From an uncultured Cuneatibacter sp. (GTDB taxonomy: Bacteria > Bacillota > Clostridia > Lachnospirales > Lachnospiraceae), in NCBI GenBank assembly GCA_964426655.1, contig CAYRQT010000004.1, positions 37,047 to 101,046 of the forward strand: 64,000 nucleotides of DNA, in the 5' to 3' direction. The first letter of the stretch is position 1. Each line of letters opens with the position of its first letter. Made by a program: the position numbers and the translations under genes. The notes beneath the pieces are model-generated. The model ran no database searches and was not told where the DNA came from. It worked only from the letters and a program-made list of their open reading frames with translations. Shown in pieces: positions 27,161 to 36,496 of this stretch.

Positions 27161-27616
27161 GTGAGTTTTAGTAAAGAAGATGGCATTAAACTGGGGAATC
27201 AGCTGTGCTTCCCATTATATGCCTGTGCAAAAGAAATTGTAAAAAGGTATAAGCCTTATCTGGATGAAATCGACCTGACCTATACCCAGTATATTGTCAT
27301 GATGGTGCTGTGGGAAGAGAGGGAGATGAATGTGAAGACTTTGGGAGAACATCTGTATCTGGACTCCGGAACCCTTACCCCAGTATTAAAAAAACTGGAG
27401 GCAAAGGCTTACATTCAGAGGACTCGTTCCAGGGAGGATGAGCGCAATGTAATAGTTAGAATTACAAAGCAGGGGGAGGCACTGAAAGAGAAAGCATATT
27501 CGGTGCCGGTCCACATGAAAAAATGCCTGGCAATTTCCGATGAGGAAGCCCAATCCCTGTATACAATGCTGTACAAGGTCCTACATAATTTAAGTACCTG
27601 CAATATGGAAGAATAA
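27161..27616 (+). CDS. ohrR: MarR-family organic-hydroperoxide-sensing repressor (OhrR-like)
   Basis: GTG start. The N-terminal sensor-Cys context LGNQLCFPLYA and LDSGTLTPVLKKLE / REDERNV read as collinear with B. subtilis OhrR from memory. Additional Cys at residues 122 and 147. Confidence 0.8.
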   Translation: MSFSKEDGIKLGNQLCFPLYACAKEIVKRYKPYLDEIDLTYTQYIVMMVLWEEREMNVKTLGEHLYLDSGTLTPVLKKLEAKAYIQRTRSREDERNVIVRITKQGEALKEKAYSVPVHMKKCLAISDEEAQSLYTMLYKVLHNLSTCNMEE

Positions 27617-27621
27617 ACATA

Positions 27622-27661
27622 GGGACATACCCCGGCAGGATTTCCTGCAGGGGTATGTCCC
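27622..27661 (+). terminator. Hairpin after ohrR with a weak T tract
   Basis: 12-bp stem GGGACATACCCC / GGGGTATGTCCC. Confidence 0.5.
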
Positions 27662-27684
27662 CTTGAGCTTAAGGAGGTAAAGGT

Positions 27685-28845
27685 TTGTATACCATTGCAG
27701 ATTATGTCAGCTGGCGGGGGGATCTGGCTTTTGATAGAGATCCTTTTAATGAGGTGGATAATTTATTGCTTTCCATGTTTTCGTACATTGAGTGGGGAGG
27801 AATAGTTTCAGATAAAATTGGACTGGAAAGTAGTATTTCTTTTCAGGAAGCTGCAACAAGGTGGCTCGAAAAGGAAAACAAAACGGAATATATTGTGAGT
27901 ATGCCGGCCTATAAAGAAGTGCCGATCATTTTGGAGAAGGCCTCAAAAATGCCCCGGTTTAAGGATATTCGCATGCACGGGTTCTCCGTCATTCTGGATC
28001 CAGAGGAAACAAGACAGTTTTCTGCTGTTATTTTCACGGTGCGAAAGGATCGCCACTTTGTGGCATTTCGGGGCACAGATGATTCCATAGCAGGGTGGAA
28101 AGAAGATTTTCAGTTAAGTTTTAAAGCGGAAATCCCTGCACAGCAGGCAGGGGCAGTTTACCTGAAGGAGGTTTGCGGGGCCCTTCCTGGATATTTTGCA
28201 GTAGGGGGACATTCTAAGGGGGGGAATATTGCTGTGTTCAGTGCTTTGCAGCTTCCGGATTCACTTCAAAACAGAGTATTGGATATCTATAGCAATGATG
28301 GACCGGGATTGAGAGAAGCGCTGGTGGAGAGCGAGAAATATAAAAGGGTGCAGAGCAGGATTCACACTATAGTGCCGAAGTCTTCCATTATTGGCATGGT
28401 GTTGGAACATGGAGAGGATTTCCGGGTCATTAACAGCCAGGGCGTAGGCATTTTGCAGCACAATGGCCTTTTGTGGGCAGTGGAAGGTTGCAGATTCGTC
28501 GATGAAGCAGGATTGACAGAAGAAAGCCTCCGTATGAACAGGACTGTCAGAAAATGGATGGAGACACTGACCTATGAAGAGAAAGAAGATTTCGTGGAAG
28601 GGTTGTTTGGTATTTTCGAAGCGGCAGGTACACAAACGTTTACGGACTGGAAAACAGAACGCTTGTCCAGACTGGAAGCCATGCTGAAGGCTTACAAGGA
28701 AATGGATGATAAAACCCGCAGTGGTCTGGTTCTTGGTATGGAGCTTTTAATCTCTGAAAGTAACCGTCAGTTGCTACACTCTATAGGAAAAAGGTTTTCT
28801 TCCTTGTTTGAAAAGGAAAAAAAGGAAAATGCTGAACAAAAATAA
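27685..28845 (+). CDS. Mbeg1-like / DUF2974 alpha/beta-hydrolase-fold protein
   Basis: TTG start after AAGGAGG. Family-typical N-terminus DYVSWRGDLAFDRDPFNEVDNLLLS and the nucleophile elbow GGHSKGGN. Confidence 0.8.
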   Translation: MYTIADYVSWRGDLAFDRDPFNEVDNLLLSMFSYIEWGGIVSDKIGLESSISFQEAATRWLEKENKTEYIVSMPAYKEVPIILEKASKMPRFKDIRMHGFSVILDPEETRQFSAVIFTVRKDRHFVAFRGTDDSIAGWKEDFQLSFKAEIPAQQAGAVYLKEVCGALPGYFAVGGHSKGGNIAVFSALQLPDSLQNRVLDIYSNDGPGLREALVESEKYKRVQSRIHTIVPKSSIIGMVLEHGEDFRVINSQGVGILQHNGLLWAVEGCRFVDEAGLTEESLRMNRTVRKWMETLTYEEKEDFVEGLFGIFEAAGTQTFTDWKTERLSRLEAMLKAYKEMDDKTRSGLVLGMELLISESNRQLLHSIGKRFSSLFEKEKKENAEQK

Positions 28846-28887
28846 TAAAATGAGAAGTTTTGCTTAATTTAATTAAGTGAAAACGAG

Positions 28888-28916
28888 TTGACAATGAGCT
28901 TAAAATGATATACAAT
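28888..28916 (+). promoter_or_regulatory. Near-consensus sigma-A promoter upstream of glnN
   Basis: TTGACA (28888-28893), 17 nt, TACAAT (28911-28916). Confidence 0.55.
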
Positions 28917-28932
28917 GCGAATCATAAATGGC

Positions 28933-28969
28933 AAAGGCGCTGTAGGTTTATTTCCTCCACGCCTTTTTT
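28933..28969 (+). terminator. Intrinsic terminator-like hairpin in the glnN upstream region
   Basis: AAAGGCGCTGTAGG-TTTATTT-CCTCCACGCCTTT followed by TTT. Lies 88 nt after the DUF2974 stop and about 10 nt after the predicted transcription start of the promoter above. Confidence 0.6.
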
Positions 28970-29086
28970 ATATGCTGGAGATGAATAAATATACAAATTA
29001 TGTATGAAATGAAACTGCAGCACCTCTGTTTTTAGGTAAAATATACAAAGTGTAAGGCTGCGATGCGGCGGAAGGGAGTAGTTTAT

Positions 29087-31180
29087 ATGAAAGGCATACC
29101 TGAATTGTTTGGTAGCATGGTATTTAATGATGCGGTGATGAAGGAGAAGCTTCCAAAGGATACTTATAAATCATTGCGTAAAACAATTGATGCAGGCGAG
29201 CCTCTGACGCTTGATGTGGCGAATGTGGTAGCAAGTGCAATGAAAGATTGGGCAATTGAAAAAGGTGCAACCCATTTTACACATTGGTTCCAGCCTATGA
29301 CCGGAATTACAGCAGAAAAGCATGACAGCTTTATTTCACCCGAACCGGATGGCCGGGTGGTTATGGAGTTCTCCGGTAAAGAACTGATTAAAGGAGAACC
29401 GGATGCATCTTCTTTTCCTTCAGGCGGACTGCGTGCGACTTTTGAAGCCAGAGGTTATACCGCATGGGATCCCACATCCTATGCATTTATTAAAGATGAT
29501 ACTCTTTGCATCCCCACTGCATTTTGCTCTTACAGTGGAGAGGCATTGGACAAGAAAACCCCCCTGCTGCGTTCCATGCAGGCGATTGACAAGGCTGCTA
29601 CACGTGTCCTCAGACTCTTTGGTGATACAGAGAGCAAGCATGTCATTACAACTGTAGGCCCCGAGCAGGAGTATTTCCTTATCGACAGAACCATGTATGA
29701 GCAGAGACCTGATTTGCAATACACCAACAGAACCCTTTTTGGTGCAAAGCCTCCCAAGGGACAGGAGTTGGAGGATCACTATTTCGGTTCTATCAAACAG
29801 CGTGTGTCTGATTATATGAAAGATCTGGATCAGGAACTGTGGAAGCTTGGCATTACGGCAAAGACCAAGCATAACGAAGTTGCTCCGGCGCAGCATGAGC
29901 TGGCTCCTATTTTCCAGACCACAAATGTGGCCACAGACCACAACCAGCTTACCATGGAAATGATGAAGAAAGTGGCAGCTAAGCATGGCTTGGCCTGCCT
30001 GCTTCATGAGAAACCCTTTGCAGGAGTAAACGGAAGCGGTAAGCACAATAACTGGTCCATCGCAACAGATAAAGGTAAGAATCTGTTGGAGCCTGGAAAA
30101 ACGCCTTCTCAAAATATCCAGTTCCTGTTCTTCCTGACGGCCATTATTAAGGCCGTGGATGATTATCAGGAATTGTTGAGAGTTTCTGTTGCAAATGCAG
30201 GAAATGACCACAGATTGGGAGCCAATGAAGCACCGCCGGCCATTATGTCTGTATTTGTTGGCGAAGAGTTGGAAGCTATCCTGGATTCCATCGAACAGGC
30301 TGTCAGCTATTGTGACAGAGAGCGTTCCTTTATGGAAATTGGTGCAGCCGTGCTGCCGAATATTCCCAAGGACAATACAGATCGTAACAGGACATCACCT
30401 TTTGCATTCACCGGAAATAAATTTGAGTTCCGTTCCTTGGGATCAACATTCTCCATCTCCGGTCCGAATATCATTCTGAACACCATTGTGGCCGAAAGCC
30501 TTACGCAGATGGCAGAAAAGTTGGAAAATACAACTGATTTCCAGAAAGATGTTCTGGCATTGATTCGGGATACGATCATTGCTCATAAGAGAATCATCTT
30601 CAATGGCAATGGGTACAGCCCTGAGTGGGTTGAGGAAGCTGCAAAGAGAGGATTGTCCAATCTGCGTGACACAGTTGATGCACTTCCTTCCTTCATTGTA
30701 GAGGAGAATGTAGAGCTTTTTGTAAAGCATAAGGTGTTCTCCGCAGCAGAAGTACATTCCCGTTATGAGATTCTTTTGGAGAATTATTCCAAGACCATCA
30801 ATATTGAGGCTCTCACTCTGGTTGATATGGTGAAAAAGGGAATTACCGGTTCGGCGCTGGCATTCCAGAAAGAACTGGCAGAAATTCTTTCCATGAAGAA
30901 GAGCCTGGGCGTTTCCGCAGAGGATAGTCTGGAAGGGAAACTGTTGTCAGAGGTATCTGGACTGACAAACAGCCTGTATGGGAAGGTAGCCAAGCTTGAA
31001 GAAGAGGAATTAAAGGCTAGCGAAGTAGAAGGCGCCTATGAGCAGGCAAAATACTACAGAGATGAAGTGATTCCCGCTATGGCAGCTGTTCGTGAAGTTG
31101 TTGATGCGTTGGAAGTGGTAACACCCAAGAAGTTTTGGGCATATCCTACATATGCAGAAATGCTCTTCAGTGTGAAGTGA
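29087..31180 (+). CDS. glnN: Glutamine synthetase type III
   Basis: ATG 29087 follows GGAAGGGAG. About 697 aa. GSIII N-terminal domain ([20 protein letters not shown]), catalytic domain ([47 protein letters not shown]). Confidence 0.9.
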   Translation: MKGIPELFGSMVFNDAVMKEKLPKDTYKSLRKTIDAGEPLTLDVANVVASAMKDWAIEKGATHFTHWFQPMTGITAEKHDSFISPEPDGRVVMEFSGKELIKGEPDASSFPSGGLRATFEARGYTAWDPTSYAFIKDDTLCIPTAFCSYSGEALDKKTPLLRSMQAIDKAATRVLRLFGDTESKHVITTVGPEQEYFLIDRTMYEQRPDLQYTNRTLFGAKPPKGQELEDHYFGSIKQRVSDYMKDLDQELWKLGITAKTKHNEVAPAQHELAPIFQTTNVATDHNQLTMEMMKKVAAKHGLACLLHEKPFAGVNGSGKHNNWSIATDKGKNLLEPGKTPSQNIQFLFFLTAIIKAVDDYQELLRVSVANAGNDHRLGANEAPPAIMSVFVGEELEAILDSIEQAVSYCDRERSFMEIGAAVLPNIPKDNTDRNRTSPFAFTGNKFEFRSLGSTFSISGPNIILNTIVAESLTQMAEKLENTTDFQKDVLALIRDTIIAHKRIIFNGNGYSPEWVEEAAKRGLSNLRDTVDALPSFIVEENVELFVKHKVFSAAEVHSRYEILLENYSKTINIEALTLVDMVKKGITGSALAFQKELAEILSMKKSLGVSAEDSLEGKLLSEVSGLTNSLYGKVAKLEEEELKASEVEGAYEQAKYYRDEVIPAMAAVREVVDALEVVTPKKFWAYPTYAEMLFSVK

Positions 31181-31216
31181 TCTGATTTTTAAAACAGATG
31201 TATATATGATTAAGTA

Positions 31217-31254
31217 AATGTCTCGGGGGTTCCAAAAGGAGCTCCCGAGACATT
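31217..31254. other. Perfect 11-bp-stem hairpin with no T tract, between glnN and glnA
   Basis: AATGTCTCGGG - 16 nt - CCCGAGACATT. Confidence 0.6.
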
Positions 31255-31417
31255 GTGATGACAGGAAATTGGCGGTTTTATGCATAAAGTCAGTATAAAG
31301 CCAAAGAAAATTCTCTGAGTTGTCATTTTGGATACACTTGACGGCTTATTAGAAGTAGAGTAGGATAGTTCTGTGTGGCGCAGAAAAAGGCAGCCTTAAG
31401 CCAAGAGGAGGTTTGCA

Positions 31418-32665
31418 ATGGGTCTTTCCATCAAGGAAGTATTAGATTTTGTAAGTGAAAATGACGTGAAATTTATTCGTCTGGCATTCTGTGATTTGCT
31501 GGGTCGGGAAAAAAATATTTCCATAATGCCCAGTGAATTGAAAAAGGCCTTCGAGGAAGGCATTCCTTTTGATGCATCCGGGATTGCCGGTCTGCACAAT
31601 ACAACTCGTGAAGATTTATTTCTGGTACCTGATTCCAATACGCTAACGATTTTGCCGTGGAGGCCCCAGCAGGGCCGTGTGCTCCACTTCTATTGCAATA
31701 TCATGACTAGCGAAAAGGTACCTTTTATTTATGATTCCCGACAGATACTGAAAAATACTGTAGAAAAATGGCAGTCTCAAAACTATGTCTGCCGCATTGG
31801 AGTAGAGAGCGAATTCTATCTGTTTAAAACGGATGAGGATGGGAATCCCACAGATAAGCCTCTGGATAATGGGGGCTACCTGGACATTGCTCCGGCTGAC
31901 AAGGGAGAAAACATCCGCAGGGAAATTTGCCTGTCTCTGGAGAAAATGGGCCTGCAGCCGGAGGTATCCCATCATGAAAGCGGGCCAGGTCAGAATGAAA
32001 TTGATTTCCGGGCGGCGGATGCACTGGCTACAGCGGATAATCTCCTTACTTTTAAAAATGTGGTAGGTGCCATTGCATCCCGGAATGGGTTGTATGCCTC
32101 GTTTATGCCCAAACCATTACCGGGTGAAAGCGGAAACGGCTTGCATATTCATGTCGCCGTATATAAGGATGGCGTCAATCTTTTTGATTTGGATGAAGGC
32201 AGCCTGATGTATCATTTTATGGCAGGCGTTCTGGATAAAATAAAGGACATGACGATGTTTTTGAACCCCACCACAGAATCTTACAAACGATTTGGGGAGT
32301 ATGAAGCCCCTAAACATATCTCCTGGTCCAGAGAAAATCATGCGCAACTGATTCGCATCCCCAATACTATGGGCAAACAAAAAGCGGTGGAACTGCGATC
32401 TCCTGACCCGTGCCTGAATCCGTATCTGGCCTTTTCCCTGATTCTGGAAGCGGGCATGCGGGGAATTGCTGAGGAGCTTCCTTTGCCGCCAGCTGTAGAT
32501 CTTGATTTTAATAAAGCGACATACGCCGAAACAAAGGAGATTGAAATGTTGCCGGAACGTCTGTCGGAGGCCATTACCTATACTGAAAAAAGCGCATTTG
32601 TAAGGGAGACCCTCGGGGGACATGTGGTGAGGCAATATATTGCCTGCAAGGAGCGTACGCGCTGA
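31418..32665 (+). CDS. glnA: Glutamine synthetase type I-like (short, 415 aa)
   Basis: Beta-grasp domain (VKFIRLAFCDLLG) and catalytic motifs (EFYLF, HHESGPGQNEIDF, SGNGLHIHV, LIRIP, ELRSPDPCLNPYLAF). Confidence 0.85.
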   Translation: MGLSIKEVLDFVSENDVKFIRLAFCDLLGREKNISIMPSELKKAFEEGIPFDASGIAGLHNTTREDLFLVPDSNTLTILPWRPQQGRVLHFYCNIMTSEKVPFIYDSRQILKNTVEKWQSQNYVCRIGVESEFYLFKTDEDGNPTDKPLDNGGYLDIAPADKGENIRREICLSLEKMGLQPEVSHHESGPGQNEIDFRAADALATADNLLTFKNVVGAIASRNGLYASFMPKPLPGESGNGLHIHVAVYKDGVNLFDLDEGSLMYHFMAGVLDKIKDMTMFLNPTTESYKRFGEYEAPKHISWSRENHAQLIRIPNTMGKQKAVELRSPDPCLNPYLAFSLILEAGMRGIAEELPLPPAVDLDFNKATYAETKEIEMLPERLSEAITYTEKSAFVRETLGGHVVRQYIACKERTR

Positions 32666-32695
32666 AGAGTCCGCTAGAAAGGAGACAGGATATCT

Positions 32696-33268
32696 ATGGA
32701 AAGTGCATTGGTTGTGTGTTCCACAGAGAAGGGTGCGGCTTTTTTCACAGATTATCTTGCAGAGCATTTTTGCTCGGACATAGCGGTTGCTCGGGGTGGA
32801 GAAGAGGCTAAGCGTATGCTTCTGGAAAGGGATTTTGATGTCTGTCTCATCAATGCACCCCTCCCAAATGAGTTGGGGGAGAACCTGGCGATCAGTATTG
32901 CAGAAAAAAACATCTGCCAGGTCATTCTTGTGGTGAGAGGGGAAATCCTAGATGAGGTAACAGAGGTGGTGGAGGATTTCGGCGTGATTACCGTGGGAAG
33001 ACCCATCAGCAAAACCCTCCTGTGGAACGCCCTGAAGCTGGCAAATGTGGCACAGCGCCGCCTGTCCATGATGCAGAAAGAAAATGACAAGCTGATCCAG
33101 AAAATTGAAGATATCAAGCTGGTTAACCGGGCCAAGTTACTCCTGATTACCTATCAGGGCATGACAGAAGAGGAGGCCCACAAGTACATTGAAAGACAAG
33201 CCATGGATCACCGGGAAACCCGTAGGAATGTTGCCCGGGAAATACTGGAAATGTATGAAAATCGCTAG
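32696..33268 (+). CDS. ANTAR-domain RNA-binding antiterminator with a degenerate (pseudo-)receiver domain
   Basis: C-terminal ANTAR helices (LVNRAKLLLITYQGMTEEEAHKYIERQAMDHRETRRNVAREIL) after a coiled-coil linker. The receiver-like N-terminus lacks the acidic pocket and the phospho-Asp (DVCLINAPLP). Confidence 0.85.
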   Translation: MESALVVCSTEKGAAFFTDYLAEHFCSDIAVARGGEEAKRMLLERDFDVCLINAPLPNELGENLAISIAEKNICQVILVVRGEILDEVTEVVEDFGVITVGRPISKTLLWNALKLANVAQRRLSMMQKENDKLIQKIEDIKLVNRAKLLLITYQGMTEEEAHKYIERQAMDHRETRRNVAREILEMYENR

Positions 33269-33288
33269 GTGAAAGGATAGGTAACGGA

Positions 33289-34698
33289 ATGCAATCAGAA
33301 AAGTGGCATGAGGAGTGTGCGGTTTTTGGCGTGAGTGTGGATACGGATGATGCGGCCGGCATAACATACAATGGCTTGCTGGCTTTGCAGCACCGTGGGC
33401 AGGAGGGCGCTGGAATTGCTGTTATGTCCAAGAACACTATTAAATACCACAAGGATATGGGACTTGTGAATGAGGTGTTTCAGGACAAGGAGATTAAGAG
33501 ATTGCCTGCTGGCCATTTGGCAGTAGGACACAACCGCTATTCCACCACTGGCTGCAACACACCAGAAAATGTACAGCCATTTATTACAGAGTATCTGACA
33601 GGCAGAATTGCAACCGTGCACAATGGTAATATTACCAATGCCAGAAAACTGCGCCGCGTTCTGGAGGAAAAGGGAATTGATTTTGTGGCAAGCAGCGACA
33701 GCGAAGTGATTTCTTCTCTGATTGCTTACTACATTTTGGAAAAAGGGGATGCTCTAAAAGGAGTTGTGGAGGCCGCACGTTACCTGGAGGGAGCCTTTTC
33801 CCTGATTGTTCTTAGCAGTGAACACAAATTAATTGCCATCCGGGATCCATTTGGATTTCGCCCTCTTTGTTTAGGGTATAACGATAGTGGTATGGTTATT
33901 GCTTCAGAGAGCTGCGCAGTGGACAGTTGTGGTTTTTCTTTCCTGCGGGATGTAATGCCGGGTGAAGTTGTTGTGATTCAGGATGGAAAGCTGATCCATT
34001 CAGAAATTGCCCTTCATACGGAGAGTAAAGGAATCTGTATTTTCGAATATGTTTATTTTGCCAGACCGGACTCTATCATAGATGGATTAAGTGTTTATGA
34101 GGCTAGAAGTAATATGGGAAGGGAACTGGCCAGAGAGTTTCCGGTGGATGCAGATATTGTCTGTGGAGTGCCGGACAGCGGGCTGGAGGCAGCTATGGGA
34201 TATTCACTGGAAAGCGGTATTCCCAATGTTTCTGGTTTTGCCAAGAACCGGTATATCGGACGCAGTTTTATTTTCCCCACCCAAGCGCAGAGGGCCAATG
34301 CCGTTAAACTGAAACTGAATCCTCTACGTGCCAACATTGAAGGGAAAAGGATTGTGCTGATCGATGATTCCATTGTGCGCGGAACCACAGTGGCTAATAT
34401 TGTAAAAGCCCTGAAAGAGGCAGGGGCAAGGGAAGTGCACATGCGTGTGTCTTCACCGCCTTTTACGCACACCTGTCATTTTGGTACAGATATTGACAGT
34501 GAGGAGAACCTAATTGCCAATCAGCTTACCGTGGAAGAAATTCGAAAGCGCATTGGAGCAGACAGTCTGGCTTATATCAGTGTGGATGGATTAAAGCGGG
34601 CCTGTAGCAAAGGGGGATTGCCTTATTGCACCCGTTGCTTTACCGGGTATGAAGAGGGAAATGTGTGGGATGGCGTGAAAAAAGGGGCACTTGAGTAG
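33289..34698 (+). CDS. purF: Amidophosphoribosyltransferase (glutamine PRPP amidotransferase)
   Basis: Propeptide then Ntn Cys (EECAVFGV), LQHRGQEGAGI, the PRTase loop RIVLIDDSIVRGTT and C-terminal Fe-S cysteines. Reads as collinear with B. subtilis PurF from memory. Confidence 0.9.
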   Translation: MQSEKWHEECAVFGVSVDTDDAAGITYNGLLALQHRGQEGAGIAVMSKNTIKYHKDMGLVNEVFQDKEIKRLPAGHLAVGHNRYSTTGCNTPENVQPFITEYLTGRIATVHNGNITNARKLRRVLEEKGIDFVASSDSEVISSLIAYYILEKGDALKGVVEAARYLEGAFSLIVLSSEHKLIAIRDPFGFRPLCLGYNDSGMVIASESCAVDSCGFSFLRDVMPGEVVVIQDGKLIHSEIALHTESKGICIFEYVYFARPDSIIDGLSVYEARSNMGRELAREFPVDADIVCGVPDSGLEAAMGYSLESGIPNVSGFAKNRYIGRSFIFPTQAQRANAVKLKLNPLRANIEGKRIVLIDDSIVRGTTVANIVKALKEAGAREVHMRVSSPPFTHTCHFGTDIDSEENLIANQLTVEEIRKRIGADSLAYISVDGLKRACSKGGLPYCTRCFTGYEEGNVWDGVKKGALE

Positions 34699-34839
34699 AA
34701 ATGTGGTTGCCCTTTCTTCCCATTTATAGTATGATAAGGCATTATATGAGAAATTGTGTTCAGAGTTTGTGGTCAGGTTCCTGGCCACGAACTTTGTGCG
34801 TTACAATGAAAATTCGAGAATGCAGAAAGAAGGCAATGG

Positions 34840-36441
34840 ATGACGAAGTACATATTTGTGACCGGAGGCGTGGTTTCCGGATTAGGAAAAGGAATTACCG
34901 CCGCTTCTCTTGGCAGATTGTTAAAAGCCCGTGGATTTCATGTGGCAGCACAGAAGTTAGATCCCTATATGAATATCGATCCGGGAACCATGAGCCCCTA
35001 CCAGCATGGGGAAGTATTTGTGACGGAAGATGGAGCAGAAACTGACCTGGACCTGGGGCATTACGAACGTTTCATCAATGAAAATCTGAATAAATTCTCG
35101 AATCTGACCTCAGGGAAAGTATATTGGAATGTTCTTAACAGAGAAAGAACCGGCGGATATCTGGGAGAGACCGTGCAGGTGATTCCGCACATTACAGAGG
35201 AAATCAAACGCTTCATTTACATGGGGGCCGAAACTTCACGGGCAGATGTTCTGATTACAGAAATAGGAGGAACCACAGGAGACATTGAAAGCCAGCCTTT
35301 TTTGGAGGCTATCCGGCAGGTATCCCTGGAAATCGGAAGTGAGAATTGTCTGTTCATACACGTAACTTTGGTGCCATATTTGAGTGGATCGGATGAGCAT
35401 AAATCCAAGCCAACACAGCATTCGGTAAAGGAATTGCGTGCACTTGGTATTGCACCGGACATTATTGTGACACGTTCGGATACACCTATTGGAGATAATA
35501 TAAAAGCTAAGATTGCACTTTTCTGTAATACCAAAAAGGATTGTGTCATTGAAAATATCACACTGAACTGTCTGTATGAGGCCCCACTCATGCTTCACGA
35601 AAACGGACTGGACTCCGTTGCCTGCAGAGAGCTGGGACTGGTGGGGAAAGAGCCGGATTTAAGTTCCTGGAAAACTATGGTTGAACAAATCAAGGCAAGG
35701 GATAAAGTGGTGCGTATTGCTTTGGTCGGGAAGTATGTTAAGCTTCACGATGCCTATCTGTCTATTCGGGAAGCCCTTTATCACGGGGGCTATGCCTGGG
35801 GAACGGAAGTGGAAATAGACTGGATCGACAGTGAGAAAATTACGGAAGAAACGGCGGAGGAGTTGCTTGGAGACGCATCCGGAATCATTGTTCCAGGTGG
35901 CTTTGGTGAAAGGGGCATCGAAGGGATGATTCGGGCCTGCCAGTATGCCCGGGAAAAACGGATTCCTTATCTGGGCATTTGCCTGGGCATGCAGATTGCG
36001 GTCATTGAATTTGGTCGCCATGTCTGTGGCTTTGCAGATGCCAATTCTGGGGAATTTAATCCTACCAGTGAGCATAAAGTGATTGATATTATGGAAGAAC
36101 AGTTGGGCGTCACGAAAAAGGGTGGAACCATGCGTCTGGGAAGTTACCCCTGTAAAATTGTGGAAGGAACCAACATGGCATCCTGTTATCAGACCGGTGC
36201 CATTAATGAACGACATCGGCATCGTTTCGAATTTAATAATGATTTCCGACAGGAAATGCAGGAAAAAGGACTGACCATTGCGGGCATGTCTCCGGATGAA
36301 TCCATTGTGGAAGCGGTGGAAGTTAAGGCGCATCCATTCTTTGTGGGTGTGCAGTTCCATCCTGAATTTAAGAGCCGGCCCAATAAGCCTCATCCTCTTT
36401 TCAAGGGATTTGTGCGGGCTGCACTTAATCAATCGGAATAA
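34840..36441 (+). CDS. pyrG: CTP synthase
   Basis: [33 protein letters not shown], and the GATase domain GICLGMQ ... HRHRFEFN ... QFHPEF. Confidence 0.95.
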   Translation: MTKYIFVTGGVVSGLGKGITAASLGRLLKARGFHVAAQKLDPYMNIDPGTMSPYQHGEVFVTEDGAETDLDLGHYERFINENLNKFSNLTSGKVYWNVLNRERTGGYLGETVQVIPHITEEIKRFIYMGAETSRADVLITEIGGTTGDIESQPFLEAIRQVSLEIGSENCLFIHVTLVPYLSGSDEHKSKPTQHSVKELRALGIAPDIIVTRSDTPIGDNIKAKIALFCNTKKDCVIENITLNCLYEAPLMLHENGLDSVACRELGLVGKEPDLSSWKTMVEQIKARDKVVRIALVGKYVKLHDAYLSIREALYHGGYAWGTEVEIDWIDSEKITEETAEELLGDASGIIVPGGFGERGIEGMIRACQYAREKRIPYLGICLGMQIAVIEFGRHVCGFADANSGEFNPTSEHKVIDIMEEQLGVTKKGGTMRLGSYPCKIVEGTNMASCYQTGAINERHRHRFEFNNDFRQEMQEKGLTIAGMSPDESIVEAVEVKAHPFFVGVQFHPEFKSRPNKPHPLFKGFVRAALNQSE

Positions 36442-36446
36442 AATCA

Positions 36447-36489
36447 AAAGAAGGCTGTCCCGCCAGGATTGAACGGAACAGCCTTCTTT
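36447..36489. terminator. Bidirectional terminator between pyrG and the convergent HAD gene
   Basis: 12-bp stem AAAGAAGGCTGT / ACAGCCTTCTTT. Confidence 0.75.
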
Positions 36490-36496
36490 ATTTCTT

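Noticed and set aside
28970-29086. TnrA/GlnR box (TGTNA-N7-TNACA) or a sigma-54 promoter in the glnN and glnA leaders
   Set aside because: Only near-misses were found (for example TGTCATTTTGGATACAC at 31321-31337 fails at the second half-site). There is no TGGCAC-N5-TTGC element.
34701-35045. 114-aa plus-strand ORF spanning the purF-pyrG gap and the pyrG start
   Set aside because: It is out of frame with pyrG, Arg/Trp/Cys-rich, and has no RBS. The pyrG N-terminus [18 protein letters not shown] is unambiguous.
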